A DNA stretch of 64,000 nt from Chloroflexota bacterium (lineage in GTDB: Bacteria; Chloroflexota; Dehalococcoidia; Lucifugimonadales; Australimonadaceae). Positions within the stretch are counted from its first letter, which is position 1. The number at the start of each line of letters is the position of its first letter. Of the stretch, positions 25,875-33,938 are shown in pieces. Both the position numbers and the translations under genes were made by a program. Below the pieces are notes generated by a model, which was given only the letters and a program-made list of their open reading frames with translations, had not been told where the DNA came from and made no database searches. The stretch covers positions 149,181 through 213,180 of the forward strand of contig JAPPHT010000008.1 in NCBI GenBank assembly GCA_028874795.1. Direction: 5' to 3'.

Positions 25875-26480
25875 CTACAGTCGCACGACGCGCGGAGGGA
25901 CGCGCTGCCGCTCCCGCTCGATGACGGCCATGACCTCGCGCGCGGCGTCTTCCAGTCTCCCGGTCTCATTGACGACGACGGCGTCGAACCACGCGGCGTC
26001 GCGCATCTCCTTGCGCGACATCTCGACGCGCAGCCCCGTCTCCTCCGCCGACTCGGTATCCCGGCTGCGCAGGCGGCGTTCGAGCTCCTCTAGCGACGGC
26101 GGCGCCACAAAGATGAGCAGCGCATCCGGCGCCATCGTGCGGATCGAGGCCGCGCCCTGCACGTCGGTCCGCACGATGGCGTCCCGCCCTTCGACCAGAG
26201 CCTCGCGCACCGGCGCCTTCGGCACGCCGTAGAGGTTGCCGTACACCTCCGCATGCTCCAGCAGTTCGCCGCGCTCCAGCAGTTGCAGGAACTCCTCGCG
26301 CGTGTGGAAGAGGTGGTGCACGCCGTGCTCCTCGCCGGGGCGCACGGCTCGGGTTGTTGCGGTGATGGCCCAGAACACCTCCGGGCGCGCCTTGCGCACG
26401 AGGGCGAGCATCGCGTCCTTGCCGACGCCGGACGGCCCGGAGACGACGACCAGGAGCGGATGCGGCTCGGCGGTGCTCAC
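25875..26480 (-). CDS. gmk: Guanylate kinase
   Basis: VVVSGPSGVGKD P-loop, TTRAVRPGEEHGVHHLF, YGNLYGVPK. Confidence 0.9.
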   Translation of the reverse strand: MSTAEPHPLLVVVSGPSGVGKDAMLALVRKARPEVFWAITATTRAVRPGEEHGVHHLFHTREEFLQLLERGELLEHAEVYGNLYGVPKAPVREALVEGRDAIVRTDVQGAASIRTMAPDALLIFVAPPSLEELERRLRSRDTESAEETGLRVEMSRKEMRDAAWFDAVVVNETGRLEDAAREVMAVIERERQRVPPRVVRL

Positions 26481-26499
26481 CGTGAACGGCGCCTCACGG

Positions 26500-27780
26500 C
26501 TACGCGTCCTCGCTCAGCGACCCGAGGTCGTCCCAGAACGTCGGGTAAGAGACAGACGCCGTCTGCGCCGCGCTGACCGTCGTTTCACCCGGAGCGACCA
26601 GCCCCGCGACGCCCATCGTCATCGCGATGCGGTGGTCGGCGTACGTCCGATGCGCCGCGCCGCGCACGGCGTGACCGCCCGTGATGCGCAGGCCGTCTTC
26701 CAGCTCCTCCACCTGAGCGCCCATCCGGGACAACTCCACGCGGGAGGCCATGAGCCGGTCGCTCTCCTTGACGCGCAGCTCGGAGGCATCCCTGATGACG
26801 GTCGTGCCTTCGGCGAAACACGCGGCGAGGGCGAGGACCGGCACTTCGTCCACGAGGCGCGGGATGAGGTCGCCGCCGATCTCCGTTGCGCGCAGGCTGC
26901 TCGACCGCGCCACCAGGTCGGCGACAGCCTCACCGCCCTCCGTGCGCTCGTTCTCGACGCTGACGTCCGCGCCCATCATCGCCAGCGCGTCGAGGATGCC
27001 CGTGCGCGTCGGGTTCACGCCCACGTTGCATACGCGCACCTCAGCGTCAGGGTGGCAGACGCCGGCGACGAGCCAGTAAGCCGCTGAGCTGATGTCGGCA
27101 GGCACGGTCACGTCCATAGCCGTCAGCCTCCCTGGACGAACGCTCACCGTCAGCCCGTCCTCGACTACCTCGACGCCCATCGAGCGGAACATCAGCTCCG
27201 TATGGTCGCGGGACACTGCTGGCTGCTGCAGCGTCGTCTCGCCCTCCGCGAACAGTCCCGCGAGGAGGAGCGCGCTCTTCACCTGCGCCGATGCGACAGG
27301 CATCCGGTACTCGATGCCGTGCAGGCTGCCGCCGCGGAACGTCAGCGGCGCGAGCCTGCCCCCGTCCCGACCATCCACCTCTGCACCCATCAGGCGCAGC
27401 GGGTCCACGATGCGCGCCATCGGGCGCGAGCGTATCGAGCGGTCGCCCGTCATCACCGACATGAACGGCTGCCCCGCGAGCACGCCCGCCATCAGGCGCG
27501 TCGTCGTGCCGCTGTTGCCGGTGTTGAGGATGTCCGACGGCTCAGTGAGGATGCCGCCGCGCACGGTGAACGCGCCGTCGTCGTGCCGTTCGATCTGCGT
27601 GCCGAGGCCGCGCAGCACCCGGAGTGTGGAGGCGAGGTCCGCGCCGGTGCCGTAGTTCTCGACGCGCGCTTCGCCGTCGGCGATGGCGTTGAAGATGGCC
27701 GCGCGGTGGGAGATCGACTTGTCGCCCGGCGGGGTCACCTCGCCGCGTAAGCGCCTGGGTCGTTGCACCGTCATCTGCAT
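26500..27780 (-). CDS. aroA: 3-phosphoshikimate 1-carboxyvinyltransferase (EPSP synthase)
   Basis: ORF 26500..27972 trimmed to the ATG at 27780. Motifs LRGEVTPPGDKSISHRAAIF, NTGNSGTTTRLMAGVLAG, VKESDRL, DHRIAMT. Confidence 0.9.
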   Translation of the reverse strand: MQMTVQRPRRLRGEVTPPGDKSISHRAAIFNAIADGEARVENYGTGADLASTLRVLRGLGTQIERHDDGAFTVRGGILTEPSDILNTGNSGTTTRLMAGVLAGQPFMSVMTGDRSIRSRPMARIVDPLRLMGAEVDGRDGGRLAPLTFRGGSLHGIEYRMPVASAQVKSALLLAGLFAEGETTLQQPAVSRDHTELMFRSMGVEVVEDGLTVSVRPGRLTAMDVTVPADISSAAYWLVAGVCHPDAEVRVCNVGVNPTRTGILDALAMMGADVSVENERTEGGEAVADLVARSSSLRATEIGGDLIPRLVDEVPVLALAACFAEGTTVIRDASELRVKESDRLMASRVELSRMGAQVEELEDGLRITGGHAVRGAAHRTYADHRIAMTMGVAGLVAPGETTVSAAQTASVSYPTFWDDLGSLSEDA

Positions 27781-27814
27781 GGGGGGCTGGCTCCTCCGCC
27801 CGGAAGGTGGGGCC

Positions 27815-27823
27815 ATTCTAGCA
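27815..27823 (-). promoter_or_regulatory. Extended -10 element TGCTAGAAT upstream of aroA-gmk
   Basis: Reverse complement of 27815-27823 reads TGCTAGAAT, 34 nt before the aroA ATG. A GGAGGAG Shine-Dalgarno lies in between. Confidence 0.4.
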
Positions 27824-27838
27824 TCGCCCGGCAGTGGC

Positions 27839-28204
27839 TCACGGATGATGAGTCGCCTGCTCGATGCTCTCCGGCAGCGTGAAACTCCCCGTGCTGTCCA
27901 CCTCGATAGGGAGCACACTGACCACAGCCGCGCGGTCGATCGGGCCGTAGACGTGCGGGAACGTCTCGCCATGGGACTCCTCTTCCCGCACTGCCGACGT
28001 GAGTTGCGCCGGGTTGATCACCAGCAGCACGAGCGCCCGGTGGCCGGCGAAATGCCTGCCGAGTACGCCCCGCAGTTGGTCCGGACGGCAGTTGTGGATG
28101 AACCCTTCCGAGGCCAGCGACTCCGCATCGTAGAACGGCGTCTCCGCATCGCGGCGCCATGCGTCCGGCGTCGTCACGTGCAGGATGTGGCCTTGCGCTA
28201 TCAT
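27839..28204 (-). CDS. DUF952 family protein
   Basis: 121 aa: …SLASEGFIHNCRPDQL…LVLLVINPAQL…ETFPHVYGPIDRAAV, the characteristic DUF952 pattern. Confidence 0.7.
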   Translation of the reverse strand: MIAQGHILHVTTPDAWRRDAETPFYDAESLASEGFIHNCRPDQLRGVLGRHFAGHRALVLLVINPAQLTSAVREEESHGETFPHVYGPIDRAAVVSVLPIEVDSTGSFTLPESIEQATHHP

Positions 28205-28234
28205 CCGTGGCAGTCTCCGTTCCGAGGTTCCGTC

Positions 28235-28399
28235 ATGGCGCTTACGACACCCAACGACCGCACGCTGATCAACGTTATCGCCGCGTACGAGCGCGAGCTC
28301 ATGGGCCCGAAACTTACCACGAATGAACTCGCGCGTATCGCCGAGTCCATGAAACGGATGATGCTGGACGAACTGCAGTCAGCGAAGTCCGCACGCTGA
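28235..28399 (+). CDS. Small hypothetical helical protein (54 aa)
   Basis: ATG at 28235 preceded by GAGG. Plausible codon usage. No family recognised. Weak call. Confidence 0.3.
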   Translation: MALTTPNDRTLINVIAAYERELMGPKLTTNELARIAESMKRMMLDELQSAKSAR

Positions 28400-28417
28400 G
28401 TGCGGCAAGGCGGGGCG

Positions 28418-28714
28418 CTACCCGTCAGCGTCAGTCAGGAACTGCTCCCATGGCAAGATCCTGAGTACTTCGACGATAGTGCTGTTCAGGAAGCGGTACG
28501 TGATCCAGTAGTCGGGAGTAGCGAAGCCAACCGTGCCGGGCGGATAAGGAGCGCCCAGCAGAGCCTTGGTAACGCCATCTGGGCGGGGGTCTTGCATCAT
28601 CCGATCGATAGCCGCCCGCATACGTTCCTGCCCGAAGGTATCCTGGGCGTCGAGGGTCTGTCTGGCAGTTGGAGAGAGGACAGCGTCAGCGGGACTTGAG
28701 CTCTCGGAGGACAT
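28418..28714 (-). CDS. Type II toxin, RelE/ParE superfamily
   Basis: 98 aa. The C-terminal …PDYWITYRFLNSTIVEVLRILPWEQF matches the RelE/ParE beta-strand pattern (Yri.Y.v.…v.vl.i.h). Overlaps the upstream small gene. Confidence 0.55.
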   Translation of the reverse strand: MSSESSSPADAVLSPTARQTLDAQDTFGQERMRAAIDRMMQDPRPDGVTKALLGAPYPPGTVGFATPDYWITYRFLNSTIVEVLRILPWEQFLTDADG

Positions 28715-28883
28715 CCTCCCAGCGCACCCCCAACCCCTGGTCTAACTCGCGCGCGCCTCTCAACGTACCCTCGAGGAGTTCCTTGGAATTCATCATCCTC
28801 TGGTACATCTCTTCGTCGATCTCAAGCAACTCTCCGTGCGTCTTCGGTTCGGCGGGCGCCGGGGTTCTCTTTCTGGAAGCCAT
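28686..28883 (-). CDS. Putative cognate antitoxin (65 aa)
   Basis: Small charged ORF immediately upstream of the toxin and overlapping it by 29 nt. The family is not identified. Confidence 0.45.
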   Translation of the reverse strand: MASRKRTPAPAEPKTHGELLEIDEEMYQRMMNSKELLEGTLRGARELDQGLGVRWEDVLRELKSR

Positions 28884-29026
28884 CTGTCACGCTCCTTCAC
28901 CGCCAAGGCAGCACGGGGTCAGCATACCACCCGAGGAGCACTCGCGACACCTGCCATTGTCGCGCCGTCGCCGACCCCCTATCCTTGCGCAGCCCGAAAC
29001 CAGGGCATTCCCAGGAGGTGCGTCAG

Positions 29027-29359
29027 GTGCAGAAGTATCTCGTGCTCTATCACGCGTCGGCGGACGCTATGCAGGCGATGATGGACTCCACGCCGGAGCA
29101 GATGAAGGCCGTCATCGGGGCGTGGAAGGCGTGGGCCGACCGGTGCGGCGACGCCCTGGTCGAAATGTCCCCACTGAGCCCCGGTGGGAGGATGACCGCG
29201 TCGGGAAGCTCCGCGAACGAGATGGGAGTCGTGACCTACTCCGTCCTCCAGGCGGAGAGTATGGAGTCCGCGCAGGCGCTGCTCGCGGACCATCCCCACA
29301 TGGGAAATCCCGGCTGCGAGATAGAGGTCTACGAAACGATGTCGCTGCCCTGGCAGTGA
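29027..29359 (+). CDS. YciI-like / dimeric alpha-beta barrel protein (110 aa)
   Basis: GTG at 29027, 8 nt after AGGAGG. KYLVLYHAS…, …SVLQAESMESAQALLADHPHM…GCEIEVYE resembles the YCII-related architecture. Confidence 0.45.
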   Translation: MQKYLVLYHASADAMQAMMDSTPEQMKAVIGAWKAWADRCGDALVEMSPLSPGGRMTASGSSANEMGVVTYSVLQAESMESAQALLADHPHMGNPGCEIEVYETMSLPWQ

Positions 29360-29368
29360 CGTCGCCTC

Positions 29369-30055
29369 TCAGACGCCCCTGAGCGCGTCCGCCACCGCAT
29401 AGACGGGGCGGAAGACGTACCCCAGCGGGTTGATGTCCGTCGCGAACGTCAGCACGATCAGCCCTATGAGCACGATGGGGCCGAAGCGCTGCAGTTGGAT
29501 GACCGCCGGCCACCAGCTCCGCGGCGCTATGCCCTGGATGATGCCGCCGCCGTCCAGCGGCGGGAGCGGAAGCAGGTTGAAGACGGCCAGCAGCAGGTTC
29601 AGCGCGACGCCGTACCACGCGATGAGGCTCGCCCACGCCATCGGCGAGAGCGACTGCAACTCGTCCCGCGTGATGCTGCCGTCGAGCACGCCGATGCGGA
29701 AGAGCAGCGCGAACCCGACCGCCAGCGCGACGTTCGCCATCGGCCCCGCGGCGGAGACCATCGCCATGCCTGTCCTGCCGGTCCGCAGCCGGGATGGGTT
29801 CACGGGCACCGGCTTGCCCCAGCCGAAACCCACGATGAGCAGCATCACCGTGCCCGCCGGATCGAGGTGACGCTTCGGGTTGAGCGTCACCCGCCCGAGC
29901 CGGGACGCCGTGTCGTCGCCGAGCCGCAGCGCGGTGACGGCGTGCGACGCCTCGTGGAACGTGATGGCGATGAGCAGCGAGGCTGCGATAGCGACGAACC
30001 ACACGAGCGCTCGGAATGGATCGTCGAAGAGGCCGGTTATCCCTGCCAGCAGCAT
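29369..30055 (-). CDS. Site-2 protease family (peptidase M50) membrane metalloprotease
   Basis: HEASH zinc motif in TM context (LLIAITFHEASHAVTA), NPKRHLDPAGT, LLPLPPLDGG. Start taken at MLLAGITG; 30082 is an alternative. Confidence 0.8.
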   Translation of the reverse strand: MLLAGITGLFDDPFRALVWFVAIAASLLIAITFHEASHAVTALRLGDDTASRLGRVTLNPKRHLDPAGTVMLLIVGFGWGKPVPVNPSRLRTGRTGMAMVSAAGPMANVALAVGFALLFRIGVLDGSITRDELQSLSPMAWASLIAWYGVALNLLLAVFNLLPLPPLDGGGIIQGIAPRSWWPAVIQLQRFGPIVLIGLIVLTFATDINPLGYVFRPVYAVADALRGV

Positions 30056-30123
30056 CGTTCTCCCTCGCGTGGCGTGGGCCACGCCCTTGAGAACATTCTA
30101 CGGGAGCGACGCGGTGCAAATGA

Positions 30124-30567
30124 TTAGGGTGACGGCGAAGGCGTTGCTATCTGGTGAAAGATGGACCTTTCGTGCGTCCCACCCGTTGCACATCCCTTTT
30201 CCCACTTGGCTAACACGTCGGCACTGAATAAGTCTTCCTCTGCACCTATGCGGTCAAGTTCTTCTGAATATATCGATAGACCCCCAAAGATAGTGTTGTT
30301 TTTCCGATAGTAGCGGAGCATTTGCTCGTGCCAGTGAACTGTCGCGTCGTGGTAGGCACGAAGTTCCGCCGGCGGTGTGATCGAGCGGCGCACCTCGGAG
30401 TCAAGTAACAATCCTTCTTCTAGATCGAACGAGATACCCCACGTGCAGAATGTCTCAGCATATTCCTCGATACTCACGGGCGTCGATGTGGGCATGGGCG
30501 GTTCCGATGTTCCACAGGCCACAATCACACCGGCCAGCAGTAGAGGGAGAACTCTCGTGCGCTTCAC
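30124..30567 (-). CDS. Lipoprotein of unknown function, compositionally atypical (about 50% GC)
   Basis: MKRTRVLPLLLAGVIVAC lipobox. Hand counts of five consecutive 60-nt lines (30181-30480) give 25-35 G+C each, against roughly two-thirds elsewhere. Confidence 0.6.
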   Translation of the reverse strand: MKRTRVLPLLLAGVIVACGTSEPPMPTSTPVSIEEYAETFCTWGISFDLEEGLLLDSEVRRSITPPAELRAYHDATVHWHEQMLRYYRKNNTIFGGLSIYSEELDRIGAEEDLFSADVLAKWEKGCATGGTHERSIFHQIATPSPSP

Positions 30568-30576
30568 AAGGGTTTT

Positions 30577-31356
30577 CTAGTCGTCGTCCCAGTCGTCATC
30601 GTCGTCGGGCGGAGGCGGGGGCGCCGAACGGGCCGCGCCGAACGATGGCTGCGGCACGGTTGCGCCGGAGCGCTCGCCATCGCGTTGCCGGGGCGACTTA
30701 CGCGGCAGTTCGCACAGCATCGCGAGCGTCTCGCGGAAGGCGTCGGCGGTCTGTCCCGCCGCGTCGACGACGAGCGCCGCTGCTCCGGCGTCGCGCAGCT
30801 GCTCGGCGTCCGCTTTCGCGGGCAGCGCGCCGAGGTGCACGAGGAGCCGCTTCGACGTCGCGCCGCGCACGCGGGCCAGCCGCATGAGCTGCCCCACCGA
30901 GAGCGGCGCGTCCAGCGAGACGAGGAACCCGTCCACCGGCAACTGGTCGATCGTGCGCAGCAGGCTGTCCGGCAGCTCCGGCTGCACCTGCATGACGAGC
31001 GTGCGACCCTCGCCCGTGAGTGCGCCCGCTGGCGTCGCGTCGGACGAGAACACCTGGAAGTCCGCGCCTCCGGCTTCCTCGGCCTGCCCCTCGTCCGTCC
31101 ACACGCCGAACAGCGTATCTCCCAGCGCCTTGACCGAGCCGTTCAAGGCCGCCTTCTTCGCGTTCCCGGCGCCAGCTATCAGCGCGCCATCGATCTCCGA
31201 CGCCGTCACGACCCCGGCCTGTGCCGCGTCGCCTGCCTCGACCGCCCCCAGCAGCAGCAGCGGCGCGATGGACTCGCGCTTCGCGGCGCCGCCGAACCCC
31301 AGCGGCTGGCCTGCGCCCTTCTCGGCGCGTTCGAGTTTATCTGTGAGTTTGCCCAT
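30577..31356 (-). CDS. Hypothetical protein with a poly-Pro / poly-Asp-Trp C-terminal tail
   Basis: 259-aa GC3-rich ORF ending …SAPPPPPDDDDDWDDD. TGGTAGAAT box 37 nt upstream. Confidence 0.55.
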   Translation of the reverse strand: MGKLTDKLERAEKGAGQPLGFGGAAKRESIAPLLLLGAVEAGDAAQAGVVTASEIDGALIAGAGNAKKAALNGSVKALGDTLFGVWTDEGQAEEAGGADFQVFSSDATPAGALTGEGRTLVMQVQPELPDSLLRTIDQLPVDGFLVSLDAPLSVGQLMRLARVRGATSKRLLVHLGALPAKADAEQLRDAGAAALVVDAAGQTADAFRETLAMLCELPRKSPRQRDGERSGATVPQPSFGAARSAPPPPPDDDDDWDDD

Positions 31357-31393
31357 GGAGTTCCCTCGTCCCTGCCTCCTCCCCGGAGGAGCG

Positions 31394-31402
31394 ATTCTAC
31401 CA
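31394..31402 (-). promoter_or_regulatory. Extended -10 element TGGTAGAAT for the 30577-31356 gene
   Basis: Reverse complement of 31394-31402 reads TGGTAGAAT. Confidence 0.4.
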
Positions 31403-31417
31403 GCGGCCCCCTGCCTG

Positions 31418-31426
31418 TGCTACCCT
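31418..31426 (+). promoter_or_regulatory. Extended -10 element TGCTACCCT, 6 nt from the ATG at 31433 (leaderless candidate)
   Basis: TGCTACCCT-cactcc-ATG. Confidence 0.4.
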
Positions 31427-31432
31427 CACTCC

Positions 31433-32239
31433 ATGGTCAGCAGCCCGCCATCCCGCGCTCCCTCCATGCCGCTGGTGAAGCGTCTCGTTGCCGGAGGAGC
31501 GGGTTCGCGGCGCCGAGCCGCCTCCCTCATCTTCTCCGGCGTGGTCGCCGTCAACGGCGAACCCGCGACGGACCTGAACCACTCCGTGAGCGCGTCCGAC
31601 ACCGTCTCCGTGAACGGGCAGCCGCTCGCGCAGGCGGAGAAGCGCACCGTCTACCTGCTCCTCAACAAGCCGCGAGGCTACCTCTGCGCCGTCAGCGACT
31701 CGCGCGGACGCCCCACCGTCCTCGACCTCGTGCCGGAAGCGCTGCGCGTCGCCGGGCTCGTGCCGGTCGGACGCCTCGACGCCGACAGCACCGGCCTGCT
31801 CTTGCTGTCGAACGACGGCGCGTTCGTGGAGCGCGTCACGCATCCGCGCTACGGCGTCGTGAAGGAGTATGACGTCCTGCTGGACAGGGCGCTCCGGCCG
31901 CGCGACCAGGCGCGCCTGCTGGACGGTGTCGAGATCGAAGGCGGTCTTGCGCGGGCGCTGTCGGTCTCGCCCATGGGCAACGCGGGATCGCACCGACCCT
32001 GGGCTGCCCAGAGGAGTGCCTCACGTCCGGCTCCGGCTGCCCCGAGGGGCGAGGCGCGGTACGCCGTCGAACTGGCGGAGGGGAAAAAGCGGGAGGTGCG
32101 GCTGATGATGCGCGCGGTCGGACGGCGCGTGCTGCGGCTGACGCGCGTGCGCGTCGGCGGGTTGCGGCTCGGCAGGCTGCCTTCCGGCGGCGTTCTTGAA
32201 CTCTCTGCGCAGGAAGCGCGAAAGGCGTCGCATGGCTGA
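31433..32239 (+). CDS. rRNA pseudouridine synthase, RsuA/RluB family (S4 domain plus catalytic domain)
   Basis: [35 protein letters not shown] (catalytic Asp), [25 protein letters not shown]. Alternative start at 31466. Confidence 0.85.
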   Translation: MVSSPPSRAPSMPLVKRLVAGGAGSRRRAASLIFSGVVAVNGEPATDLNHSVSASDTVSVNGQPLAQAEKRTVYLLLNKPRGYLCAVSDSRGRPTVLDLVPEALRVAGLVPVGRLDADSTGLLLLSNDGAFVERVTHPRYGVVKEYDVLLDRALRPRDQARLLDGVEIEGGLARALSVSPMGNAGSHRPWAAQRSASRPAPAAPRGEARYAVELAEGKKREVRLMMRAVGRRVLRLTRVRVGGLRLGRLPSGGVLELSAQEARKASHG

Positions 32240-32771
32240 CTCGGAAAGGCTCGTCTGGATAGACATGGAGATGACGGGGCTGGACCCGGACCGGCACGTG
32301 ACGCTGGAGATAGCGACGCTCATCACCGACGCTGACCTGGAGGTGCTCGCGGAAGGGCCCGTCATCGCCGTTGCGCGCAGCGACGAGGAGATGGCCCGCA
32401 TCGACGACTGGAGCCTGCGCACGCACACTGACTCCGGCCTGCTGGAGCGCGTGCAGGCGTCGACGGTCGGTGTCAAGGAGGCAGAGCGGCTCACACTGGA
32501 CTTCGTGAGGGAGTGGGTCAGGGAGAAGAAGGCGCCGCTCTGCGGGAACTCCGTGCACCAGGACAGGCTCTTCCTCCGCGCGGAGATGCCGACGCTGGAG
32601 GCGTACCTGAACTACCGCATCGTGGACGTCAGCACCATCAAGGAACTCGTCAAGCGCTGGTACCCGGACCTGCCGCCCCACCGGAAGCGCCGCGCCCACC
32701 TCGCCCTGGACGACATCCGCGAGAGCATCGAGGAACTCCGCTACTACCGCGAGCACGTCTTCGTGGAGTGA
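32232..32771 (+). CDS. orn: Oligoribonuclease
   Basis: [16 protein letters not shown]…, [42 protein letters not shown]. Confidence 0.9.
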   Translation: MADSERLVWIDMEMTGLDPDRHVTLEIATLITDADLEVLAEGPVIAVARSDEEMARIDDWSLRTHTDSGLLERVQASTVGVKEAERLTLDFVREWVREKKAPLCGNSVHQDRLFLRAEMPTLEAYLNYRIVDVSTIKELVKRWYPDLPPHRKRRAHLALDDIRESIEELRYYREHVFVE

Positions 32772-32851
32772 CCGTCGGCCTTATCCGCCTTGCGCCGGGG
32801 TGCCCGGTAGCGCATCATTGCGCAGCGCCACTCGATGCGATGGAGGGATAC

Positions 32852-33910
32852 ATGACCGCACCCAAGGTTGTCGTCTTTGCGCCTGGTGATGAGAAGAGCT
32901 ACCTGCGTTTCGAGGAGGCCGGCTGCGAGATCACGCTCGGCAAGGCCTCGTGGGCCGACCCCACCGGCAACAACACCCAGGAACTCGCCGCGATGGCCGT
33001 CGACGCCGACGCTCTCGTCGGCACGTCCATCAAGGGCGGACGCATAGACCGCAGCGTCATGCTTGCCTCGGAGCAGCTCCGCATCGTTGCCAAGTACACC
33101 GTCGGCGTCGACGAGGTCGACACCGACGTCGCTACCGAGCTTGGCATCATCGTCACTCACGCGCCCACTGAGGCGAACTGGGGCGGCGTCGTTGAGACCA
33201 CGATGCAGCAGTTGCTCACCCTGATGAAGAAGTCCCGCCAGCGCGACAACGCGATGAAGCACGGCACGACCTGGCGCACACCGGAGCTCACCGCCACCCA
33301 CATCGGTCGCCGCGAGGACGGTTACCCCGGCCTTACCATCGGCATCGTCGGCCTGGGCCGCATCGGCGGGCGGCTCGCCCAGATGCTGGCGCCATGGCGC
33401 GTCCGCATGATCGCCTACGACCCCTACCAGCCCATCGACCGCTTCATCCACGCCAACGTCGAGCGCGTCGACCTCGACACGCTGCTGCGCGAGTCGGACG
33501 TCGTGACGCTCCACGTCATCCTCACGCCCGAGACGCACCACATCATCGGCGAGCGCGAGCTGGACCTCATGAAGCCAACCGCCATCATCCTCAATACCTC
33601 CCGCGGGCCGGTCATCGACGAGAAGGCGCTCGTCGCCGCCCTGCAGAACGAGACGATCGCCGGTGCGGGGCTGGACGTCTTCGAGGTCGAGCCGCTGCCG
33701 ATGGACAGCCCGCTGCGCCAGATGGACGAGCGCGTGCTGCTCTCGCCGCACGTCGCGGCGCACAACTACGGCGCGGGCATCGGCCCGGGCATCGAATGGG
33801 GCACGGAGGACGTGCTGCGCGCGCTGCGCGGCGAGGTCCCCGAGCACGTCTTCAACAAGGATGTCATCCCTCGCTGGCGCGAACGCTTCGAGGGCCGGGC
33901 ACTCATCTAG
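32852..33910 (+). CDS. D-isomer-specific 2-hydroxyacid dehydrogenase family protein
   Basis: GIVGLGRIGGRLAQML NAD motif, ILNTSRGPVIDEKAL, LLSPHVAA. Confidence 0.8.
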   Translation: MTAPKVVVFAPGDEKSYLRFEEAGCEITLGKASWADPTGNNTQELAAMAVDADALVGTSIKGGRIDRSVMLASEQLRIVAKYTVGVDEVDTDVATELGIIVTHAPTEANWGGVVETTMQQLLTLMKKSRQRDNAMKHGTTWRTPELTATHIGRREDGYPGLTIGIVGLGRIGGRLAQMLAPWRVRMIAYDPYQPIDRFIHANVERVDLDTLLRESDVVTLHVILTPETHHIIGERELDLMKPTAIILNTSRGPVIDEKALVAALQNETIAGAGLDVFEVEPLPMDSPLRQMDERVLLSPHVAAHNYGAGIGPGIEWGTEDVLRALRGEVPEHVFNKDVIPRWRERFEGRALI

Positions 33911-33938
33911 GACCGTCACTACCCCAAGGAGGGACCGC

